Shown here piece by piece: positions 53,061-64,000 of a stretch of DNA of 64,000 nucleotides. Each line of letters opens with the position of its first letter. The first letter of the stretch is position 1. A model generated the notes under the pieces. The model was not told the DNA's origin. It saw only the letters and a program-made list of their open reading frames with translations, and searched no databases. This DNA comes from Octopus vulgaris (taxonomy: Eukaryota): contig OX597817.1 in NCBI GenBank assembly GCA_951406725.2, forward strand, positions 121,644,001 through 121,708,000. Direction: 5' to 3'. A program made the translations under genes and the position numbers.

Positions 53061-53539
53061 TATAAGCCACGTAGTTATATACACATACTTTGTTATATAC
53101 ACATTCTTAAAAGAAAATGTTATTTTGAACACAACATTTATAAAGAATAAAATATTTTTTGGTTTTTCTTTTAAACGGATGCATACATTTATTAATAACT
53201 ATATATAAGTGTCGTCTGTTTATACATAAACACTGTTTCATACTGCAAGTTCGGCTCGCCAATTAATACTACCAAAATTTAACGACAGAAAGTAAAATAA
53301 AAACCAATTTACCTTTTCTGTATTGTTATAGCAATTCGACCGTCCGTGTGTCTTTGCAAATGTGTTGGAATGAGAAGTGAGTTGTATTTTGGCGCCTCTT
53401 TTACTAATAACAAACACACACGTGTTTGTATGTATTTGTTTGAAACGTTTGTGTTTGTCACTGTCATATATGTATGTGTATGCGTGTGTGTGAAGAATGA
53501 CACACACACACTCACGCACAAATGTACATCAATGCCTTC

Positions 53540-54092
53540 GGAGTGAAATGTTAAAATATTGAGTTTTCTCGAATGTTGTCTTAATTGGGGGTAAAATTGA
53601 AAGAAATTTTGTATGGCATGACCCAATGGAAGTACTTTGAAAAATCATGGGTAAACTCTAATTGAAGAAATTGTGTGAGGAGTAAATCATTATGTATTTA
53701 TTTGTTTCTGTTTGCTGTGTGTTTTTTTTAGTAGTGGTTTAAGGTACACTTCTCTCGTTTTATCGAAATAGTTTCACTTTAATCGTTGCAAACTTGCAAA
53801 GAGAAAGTCGTAGAAATTAGAGTGATAGCGTGAGTGAATCAGATCGCTCCCTTTTTTGTGTGTGTGTGCGTGTGCTATAGCCCACACTAAGAAAAGCACT
53901 TGACTCACACACCACAATGTGAGTTTTCTCTAAATTTTGCTTAATTGGGGTTGAAATTTTAAAAACTGGACCTGGCACGACCCGATGCATTCTACTCTTT
54001 AAAATGCTAGGTAAATTGTAATTGAAGAAATCCTATATTGTAGATTTCTATAAGAGACAAAGGGAGGCAGATAAAATCTGCCTTTTATAATA

Positions 54093-54095
<3 letters not shown>
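53540..54095 (-). mobile_element. Helitron-like 5' portion with internal duplication
   Basis: Minus 5' end A|TCTTATTATAAAA resembles the A|TCTTTATATATAAA of the 52660 element. Hairpin GGCAGAT-AAA-ATCTGCC. Repeat 53560-53672 versus 53920-54030. CTAG end not found. Confidence 0.55.
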
Positions 54096-54131
<36 letters not shown>

Positions 54132-56776
54132 TATATAAAATATATATCAAGAATGTATATTTGTATGTATCGTATATATGTATTCCTATTTGAATATATA
54201 TATATGTGTGAGTACGCGTCCGTTGGTATATATGTATAGGTATATATGTATGTATATATGTATGTATATATGTATGTATGTATGAATGAATTGTAAGTCT
54301 CCCAACAAAATACTGTCGGCTTCAAATATTTACAAAATATCATTTTATATGCTAATCGCCCAATTATTTAATTATTTCAGTCATTGGATTGCGACCATAG
54401 GCCACCGCCCCAAAGCGTGTCGTCGATCAAATTCATCACATATTTGTTTTTAATCGTAGTTTGATCTTTTATTTGTACTCAGAGACTCGTTCGTGTTTAG
54501 AAATGTGCTCGCCTGCTCGCACTCACACAAGCATACACACAGCACACACACATTTATCTGCATATTAAAACGACGGGATTTCCGTTAAAACATACGAACT
54601 CGCTGGAATATTGTTTGACAAACCTTAAGACGGACGTTTTCCAGAAACCATTCAAGTTTCATAGCGATATAATACATAATGAATACTTTGGTGGGTATTA
54701 TGTTTATTGATAACTCTATCGGCAACGAGTAAAACCATTGACAAGTACACTTAATTAAGCTTTAATAAACTGACAGTCTTGTAGTATAGGCTCATGACTT
54801 TGTGTCAGTTGTAAACAGATGCTATATGAATTAATATCTTATTCAAGTAGTTATTTCATTAATTATCAGATTTCGTTTCCGTTGATTTCTCGGCCTGTTT
54901 TCGGTAAAAGGAAGAGTGTATAAGTACAGGAATATAAAATCAGTGGAGATTGTAGGATTCTAACTGATATTGTCGATTCAGAGGATCATTAAACAAAAAG
55001 AGATGCGTTTTGTAAGTTGATCATTATCATAAAATAATTAACGTTAAAAATACGAAGCTATTAGCGATAACTGCTTGCAAAAGTTAATTACTCGCCAGCG
55101 AAGTTGGAACTATAATTGTTTTGTGCTACAGTATTTTATTATGAGTTTAGCATTGACTTAAATTAGTTTTATAAATTGCATTCAATCACACTATATCTTA
55201 ATTTTATATATCCAGACAATAATTTGCAGCGAGTGAAGTTCCATTTTGAGAGCGAGAGTGGTGAGAAATAAACACCAAATGTATTTTCACTGGAAAGCGC
55301 AGGCGCTTTGCCTTCTTCACAAAAATGTACTTCCTTCACTGATATATGTCTGTATGTATGCATGTATGTATGCGCGTGTGTATTTGTGCGAGTGTATGTT
55401 TGTGTGTATGCGCTTGTGGCGTAGACGTGCGCGTGTGTAAGCATAATGGGGTTTCAAAAATTTTCACTCTAAAGAAATTAGTCAAGTTACCAGCAGTGAG
55501 ATTGTAACTGCAACCATGCGGTTGCAAAGCAAGGTAACTTTTTAGCAACACCAGGTCTACTGTACATTACCCCAGTATAATTTATAAAAGGCTCTACGAA
55601 AAAATTACCCAAATATAATTTCACCGACATAACTCATGAAATAGCTTACTGGATTATGATTCAATTTATATATTATCGCACAAGATAAGAATTTTACATA
55701 AAAATTATAAATGATAGATCTAAAATTGCATTCCACGAGTGGAAAAGCAATAAGGTCCGCCATTTAGTCATACTTCAATCATAATTAATCTTTTGCACAA
55801 AGCCAATATATCGTGTATCAACATTTTTGTATCTCTCACTACGCGTATACTCCCTTTAATTATATTAGATATTGGTTAATCTTAAAATACAAAATAACCA
55901 CAACGACATGAATAAAGGGTGGAATATTTCATATCAAGCTTTCATATTAAGTGCCAGTTATTTAATACAAAAAGTTAAACCTGTATATATATTTTTCTGA
56001 TACAAAATGATGTTTATTTTTATCACTGGTAAAACCTTATGAAGCAGGAAACACAATATGCTTTGTGTAGCATGAATAAAGGAAAATGCCTTTGCGCCAT
56101 TAAATTAAAGGCCATGACTTTAGTATCAATATATCATAATAAAGCTGTTTATTTAGAATTTATGAACTGAAGACTTTCCCCAATTGCATAGAAGCTTACC
56201 TTTTAGTTGATTCCACCCATAATCTAAATTGAAATAATGAAATAAACAACAACTTTAAAAGTCAACAAAGACATCGAACATATAAATAGCTATAAATTCT
56301 TTACATAGAGCAGATGAATGCAGTAGAACTCTTAAAATCTATTGATATTTCGACATAAGAGTGAAGAGTTAATAAGTCACGAATCTGGAATTAGCCTGTA
56401 GCTTTTATATGCTCCTTATTCAACAAGAGACTTCGGAGGCGTTTTAGAAACTGAACTTCAAAATGCTACGAAACTTAATAGATTTCTTTAATGCCACTAT
56501 TAGAAACTTCAAGAAAGGATTTTAAATTCCATTTATATTTCCTTACAGACTGTATTGAATGATTAAATATATATCTATTCACTACAGTAAGTGTTCCAAA
56601 GTGATGAAGGATCCGTTGATTAATATACATATTCTAGTCTTAAGAACTATATCAATGAATTATTGATATTAAGATTATTGATATTATTGTTAGTATCTGA
56701 AGTTGTTGCAGTAATAGCAATAACTATTAGCATGTGTATCACGCACACACACACACGCTCATATATTATAATATAC

Positions 56777-56809
<33 letters not shown>

Positions 56810-56953
56810 TGTATGTATGTATGTGTGTATGTGTGTATGTATGTATGTATGTATGTATGTATTATGTATGTATGTATGTATGTATGCATGCATGCGTATT
56901 TCGTGTATATTATATATTGCCTGTAATGTATTATACATATTGCATATGATATA

Positions 56954-57001
<48 letters not shown>

Positions 57002-57723
57002 GTACGAGCACACGCACACGCACTTAAATGATTACCTGATAAGCTAAAATTGTTTTGCATATACATCAATATAGTATAACATTTCCTAACGACACACTTC
57101 CACACAGTTTTCGCCAACCAAATTCACTCACAAAGCATTGGCCGACCCAGCAATTTAGTGTTAAACGGTAGCCCAAGATGCAACGTAGTGGGCTGAAAGG
57201 GAAATCGCTTGGCTGCAAAACTACCCTTTAAATCATACTCACGACAGACTAGTAAATTATACGACTCTTCACTATCCTAAGTAACTAGGTAAGCAAAACA
57301 ATTCAACCAGTATAGTGACAAAGAGTAAAAATTTTAATGAGAGGAAGCCAACGACATAACACAGTGGAGCATATAAGGCAGTATTGTATTCAGTATAACA
57401 ATAGCTCAGCAACTTCTGTCAAAGTGATGTCTAACGTACTGCTCAGCATTTTCGAGAACCACGACTACTTTTATCACATCTAGCTGAGTCAAACTGCTAT
57501 AAATACACAAACACACACATAAATAATTATGTGGACTTTGGGTATATGTTCAATAGTATACCGATTAAAGCACTTTCACTGTTTAGGCTACCTGATATCA
57601 TCCACAGTTGCGATAATATTGTCACTGAATCTACGTCAGGAATTCCGCAGTGTTTGTTGAGTTTATGATGAATGAGGGAAATGGAGAATGCTAAATTCAT
57701 TTTCCATTTCCTTCATTCATTAT

Positions 57724-57775
<52 letters not shown>

Positions 57776-57781
<6 letters not shown>

Positions 57782-58146
57782 AAAATGAATGTGAAAAAAT
57801 TGGATATTAATTTAATAACATCAATTTAAACACTAGTGGTCTAGCGCATAACAGACTGAGATTCAGTAAATATTATTAATACACAAATATGAGAGAGAAT
57901 CCACTATGTGGACGCTCTTACACTAGAGATAGATCCGCAAGTGTCTCAACCACTTAGAATTGTTCTCAAGAAAAATTTAGCACACATGGGGTTAATCTGT
58001 TTTTTTGCTATTTTTCATTTGTCCTGCTCGCTTACGTTCTTAGTGTGCTAAATTTTTCTTGAGAACAATTCTTTATGGTCGAGACACTTGCGGATCTATC
58101 TGTAGCGTAAGAGCGTCCACATAGTGGATTCTCTCTCATATTTGTG

Positions 58147-58149
<3 letters not shown>
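57776..58149. mobile_element. Fold-back element inside a (TA)n tract (107-bp arms)
   Basis: 57879-57985 is the reverse complement of 58043-58149, with a 57-nt spacer and about 100 bp extension on the left. Confidence 0.82.
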
Positions 58150-58194
<45 letters not shown>

Positions 58195-58706
58195 TATATA
58201 TATATGTATGTATGTATGTACACACGTATGTATCATTGAACCCGCCTGTTAAAATCAGAATTTAACAGCTTTCGTTGATTTGTACAGTATACAAGGAAAA
58301 ATGAGCCTCACACGTTTCCTAAATGTATTAACGGTATAGTTAAGAAATGTAGATTCAACTCAGGGATGGTCATTCAGTAATTAACATCCCCCTAAACGAT
58401 CGTTGTACAAGTTAAAGAGTTATACCAATTCTATGTGTGTGTGTGTGTTTGTGTGTGTCTGTGTGTGATAAGCAGAATACAGTGTGAGCTTTGAATATCA
58501 TATTTGCTTTTGGGTTGTTATTATTTTCATATTAATTGGCCCGTATTCCTCACACTAGCCTATACCGAAGTCTGTGTCTGTTGTACAAGACTGGATACGG
58601 GAGTGGAGTGTTGAACCCTTTATTAATCCTGATTTTGTTCGCGTGTCGCACTTTACTGCCCGTGTTTCATATACATACATAGATACATATATATATATTT
58701 ACATAC

Positions 58707-58770
<64 letters not shown>

Positions 58771-58800
58771 AAGAAAGAGAGAGAGTGAGTGAGAGAGAGG

Positions 58801-58843
<43 letters not shown>

Positions 58844-59652
58844 GTATGCTTGTGCGTATATGCGTGTTTGTGTATGGACATGTGTATATGCATATCCTTC
58901 TGGCCCCCCTCTATTTTCTTTTTAACGTCTTGTTTTATTGGGAAGATATATTTGCCGCGAAGTAATACTCATACAACAAGAAAATAAATTTGGTTTCCTT
59001 CGTACACTTCCACACATTTTTTTCTTTTTTTTTTTTTACTTTGGCATATACTATCGGTAATGGGGTTCTGTATTGATTCAAGTCAAATTTAGGTGGGTTG
59101 AGTGTTGACGATCTTTAATATCTACAAATGTTTCATGAAATAGCGAACGTTTTCATATATCAAATGACATTTGCATTTTATATTGTTTTCTAGTTATTGC
59201 TGAAGCATCTTACATCTTTATAGCAAGGCAATTTCCTGAGCTTATGTGATATCAGGAAGTGATGCATGATGATGATATTCACAACGACATTACAAATATC
59301 TCGAAAAACAAACTCTATGAGATTGGTGATCAATAACAGGAATGGTCGATCTCTGTTTTCATTAAGCTTTGCGTTTGCTCGTAGCCTCAGAAAATCGTTT
59401 ATTTCCCTCTGCCTTTTTTTTTTAACGGTATTCATTTGAAAATAGGAATAGAAATCAGAACGGGAAAAAGACATTCAAGGCTTTTACAAAAGAGTGTCTT
59501 TCTAGACATGCTAAAAGATAACGTTTACAGTAAGGAAGAAAATATCTTACAACGCTCGTTTCTGCGAAGAAATCCGAAATAATTTTATCTCTGCGCTAGG
59601 AAAGGTCATCATAAACATTATCCATCAATTTATATGATGCATCGAGTATGTA

Positions 59653-60025
<373 letters not shown>

Positions 60026-60893
60026 ATATTTATTAAGATGGTCAATTTAATAAAACTGACAACGCCATTTGCGCGTAGAGCGAATGTTAATGAAGGGAGC
60101 TTGATATAGAAAATAGAGTTAGTATTTTTCGTTGAAATCTGTAATACCTAACTATCTAACCGCTATATCTCTTCCCTCAGACGAACCCAGAGATGAACGA
60201 GGTAATGTGATTATATATACATTTCGTAAATGATATGATAATCTTAATTACAATAAACATATTAATAATGCTATTTTACAAATCTCATTTTGCAGTAATT
60301 TCCAGTTATGTCATCAGTTTTCTCAGTCATTGCAAAAAAAATCTTGATAAACTGTATCATTCAGGCTGCATTTGAAGCAAAGATAATGTAAAAGCACAGA
60401 CACGCTAGAAAATAAATTTTAAATGTATATAAAAACAAATTATTAAAGCATATAGAATAAAAGGCAAGCATGAAAAGATCGTGTCAGTAAAGCGCGACAT
60501 AAATTATTGTTTATTTTGTCGGCACGATTTTATATTTAATCTAACAAGTTGAAAAAAAGATGTCCTTTCATTCTCTTAAATATAACAGCATCAGTAACAT
60601 ATGGTAGCAGCATTTGTCGTCTATATAAGATCTAAAAATTAAATTAGCTTTTACTTCAAGAAATGTATAAGAGAAAATTGTCAACACTTCCCAAAGTATA
60701 ACTTAAATATTATTCAGTTTGCTATACCATAAACTCAGCTTTGAACTTAAATATATATACATACAAACAAATATATATATATACACACACACATACACAT
60801 ATATATATATATAAATATATAAGTTAGACATGGCCTGGACCAATCATTGGTCGAAACATATCTAAGTTTATGTATGTATGTTATTTTCTTATC

Positions 60894-60946
<53 letters not shown>

Positions 60947-61054
60947 ACATAAGCACACATATATTATTTATGTAAATGTTGAGTCATTATGTCTTAATAC
61001 TTAGTCAGTTAACACACTCACCGGTTCAATTGCCACTCAATTATTATTTTACTT

Positions 61055-61091
61055 CTAAAATGTTCGTTGCTTCTTGCAACCTCTTCAATAG
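61055..61091 (-). ncRNA. Minimal hammerhead-like motif, U3 variant (left pseudo-LTR)
   Basis: cua-UUGAAGA-g-guugc-aagaa-gcaac-GAAC-auuu-uag. Confidence 0.55.
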
Positions 61092-61799
61092 TCGTTATCA
61101 AAGCTGCGTTCTTTTCGTTTGTTTGCTTGTGCGCATGTGCGTGCAGTAGTGTACATGTATATACACATAATTATGTATGAACGCATGCATGTGTGTATGC
61201 ATATATATATATATATTATGTATGCGAGTATGTACCTTTTTATGTATGTATTCTGCATATTCATGTGTTTTTGTGAACATGTTTGTGTGTTTATATGTGT
61301 GTGAGTGTGTGTGTATATTTGTGTATGCACCTCTGTCTCCTTCTGTTTGAGTGTTTAAGTGTGTCTATGCGTTTGTGCGACTGTAATGCGTCTGTTATGT
61401 ATGGATGTGTGTCTCCATGCGTGGCCTTGTGTGTGTGTGTGTGTGTGTGGAGTGTGCTTATGGTCATGTGTTACTGTTTCCTTTTATGTGTGTATATGTG
61501 TGTGTGTCTGTGAGTGCTTGTTTGTCCGCATTACCTATGTACCAGTCTATTTACTTATCTATCTGTTTACTTACCTACCTATATAAATATACACTCGCAT
61601 TCATAACAGGTTACTAAAAAATCTACCTGCGCATGTATAAACTCTGGGTATTGGGGTATCACTACCTTCTACGTTTATCTTCTATTTAGTACAGGGGAAT
61701 TTCCTTTATGAGTACGTACTCCTCTGTTTGTCTGAGTTTTGGGTCCTTCAGGTGCTTTTATACAATGCGGTTGTCAAGTTGACCCAGTGTGTCTCCATG

Positions 61800-62870
61800 C
61801 TGGTCTTTGGCATGTTAGTAAAGTATATTGTCTCAAAGGTTCATTTAACCTCTCCAAAATGCTTCTAGATATCTTACCAATGTCATGATCTTGTCTTTAG
61901 AAGCACCCTCTATGCACCTTATGCTGTAGACTGCATTTCTAGATTTACAGTTAATGCCAGGGTTCATCTTTCATACCATTCAATTTTCATTGGTGCATGT
62001 GGTATTCTGAAAGAAGTGGTCTGATGGAGGTCCTTAGCTTTTCAACGATCTTTGTTCTAGTACTCCATGAACTGTGACTTCTACAGACATAACTTCTCGA
62101 TATTTGTCGGCCTTGTACTATGTGTTCGCCCTGTTTGTTTTGTCACAAACTCTCTGTATTCTATTCCAGCTTTTACTCCTGTATCTAGGGCAGGAACCAC
62201 TGGCTTTTATATAATACTTCCTATCTTCTTCCTAGCTTCCCTGCACACTCGAATCCTATGTTTTTGGTTATATTCAGAGAAATGCATGCGGTGTATGAAG
62301 TTCCGTACATGTATTTTTCTTTCATAGGGTTCGTATAAATAGGACATGTTCTTCATTATCCTAAGTCTGCTATGTATATGTTGATTTTCATGTGGTGTGA
62401 CAAAGCTAAGTTCTTGTGAGCAACATATTTAGAAGCTATGGGTTTCATATAATAGGAGTAGAGGAGCTGAACTCTTTTCACAGTCTTTAACCAAAGTTCA
62501 ATATCAAGAACAAGGAGTTTGAAGTTATGTTGCCTGGTGGGGTAATCATTTGTTACCTTGATACTTTGGTGGATGGTGTTAGCTACGTGCTGGATGCTCT
62601 CCATTATGCTCCTCTTGATTTCTACACCACAGTTGCTAGAGTTTGTCCTATCTAAAATATTAATGTTATCTACAGTGAAAAAAAACAGTTGTGGATTGTT
62701 CAGCTATAGATTGTTTAAGTTTTCTGTCCCACCACGTCATGTAGTGGCCAACCACATCTCCAGCCTCACCGACACCAATGGCTGCACCGTGAACATGCAT
62801 GTATAGTTTCCTGTTAAAATTGGTGGTTCTTATGCTAGTCCCTATTGCATGTGCGATCATTCTTTTCACC
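61800..62870 (-). pseudogene. PLE reverse transcriptase plus GIY-YIG endonuclease remnant
   Basis: LYMHVHGAAIGVGEAGDVVGHYMTWWD (RT motif B'), TVDNINI (decayed YVDD), ANTIHQSIKVT.DYP..LVLDIELW..YYMKP (thumb), CKSRNAVYSIRC..DIGKISR (GIY-YIG). Confidence 0.85.
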
Positions 62871-63297
62871 TGACTGTTGTTTTCAAGACCCCTGTGTGGG
62901 TGCGATCCAGCCACTCTAAGCTCTGCGGTGCTCTTTTTTTCACTGCGAAAGTGATGATGGGCGGTTTTCTCCTGTGTGACCTGGTGGGGCAGACGCACTC
63001 AGGAGACAGAGGTACACACGCAAATACACACTCACACACACACATACACATACACACACACACGCAAACACACAAACATACACAAACACATGAATATGCA
63101 GAATATATACGTAATAAATTACACACACGCATACACATATATATGCGTACACACACGCGTACACACATTCATACATACTTATATACATACATAATACATA
63201 TGTATATACATATGTGTATACACATGCACACGGACGCACGCACATGCACACAAATAAACAAAAAGAACGCAGCTCTGATAACGGGCAGAGTAAACAA

Positions 63298-63334
63298 CTA
63301 TTGAAGAGTTTGCAAGAAGCAACGAAAATTTTAA
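63298..63334 (+). ncRNA. Minimal hammerhead-like motif, U3 variant (right pseudo-LTR)
   Basis: cua-UUGAAGA-g-uuugc-aagaa-gcaac-GAAA-auuu-uaa. Confidence 0.55.
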
Positions 63335-64000
63335 AAGAAAAGTAAAAAAAGGAGCGGAAATTGAACGGTGAATGTGTTAATTAATAAGGCATTAAAACAG
63401 AATGACTCTCCTGAGACACAACAAAAATGCTTCATCACACGAATTCACATAAAGAATCTTGCAAACCAAATACAAAAAAGAAATATATATATATATATAG
63501 ACATACAGATACGTGCGCACACACACATGCACACACGAACTCACACACCTATTTGTATGTGTGTTTATATCTATCTGGGTATATTATATATATATATATA
63601 TATATAGATAGATACATACATACATACATAAATACATACATAAATACATACTAGGAAGTCTATAAATTTCTATATCATAACGCAGCACACACACATAAAC
63701 AATAGAAAAGCAAGATTAATTTGCATTTATTCCAGAGAATTAGAATGAACAAATCAATTGCTTAGAATTTAAAGACTTGTTTATAAATTCATACTGGCTT
63801 AGTGAGTAAAATACATAGAGATATTGTTAAATTTATATGAATATTGTTTGGGAATCAATCCAAAAATTGTAAAGCTAATGTAACGCATGAAAATATCTGG
63901 CTTCAATTGAAATGATATAATTTACGAAGCACATGTTTCAATTACCAACTTGAAATTAACCAACAGAAAATTGCTTTCAATTTTCAATAGGAGGACATAT

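Larger units (their letters stand above)
60981..63408 (-). mobile_element. Decayed Penelope-like retroelement with inverted pseudo-LTRs
   Basis: Arms 60981-61341 and 63001-63408 are reverse complements. RT and GIY-YIG remnants lie between them. Each arm has a hammerhead-like motif. Confidence 0.85.

Overview
AT-rich, microsatellite-dense eukaryotic non-coding DNA. The SINE families, (TA)n/(ATT)n load and retroelement relics look like a cephalopod (Octopus-like) genome; this is an inference. I found no intact host protein-coding gene, and most listed ORFs are microsatellite translations. Recognisable content: decayed LINEs (HERO-like REL element, CR1, two R4/Dong-like copies), a decayed Penelope-like element (PLE) with inverted pseudo-LTRs, tRNA-derived SINEs, non-autonomous Helitrons and an RTE-derived bipartite element. 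The most striking signal is RNA structure. (1) The 3' UTR of the HERO-like LINE (10049-10160, minus) holds all hammerhead ribozyme core elements in a non-circularly permuted, pseudoknotted order (GUC, GAAAC, CUGAUGA). (2) Several unrelated fold-back elements, two with clean 12-13 bp target-site duplications, carry minimal hammerheads, including a G3-C8 swapped core, a U3 core and a tRNA-headed SINE fused to a PLE-type hammerhead tail. All family calls come from motif recognition by eye, not database searches.
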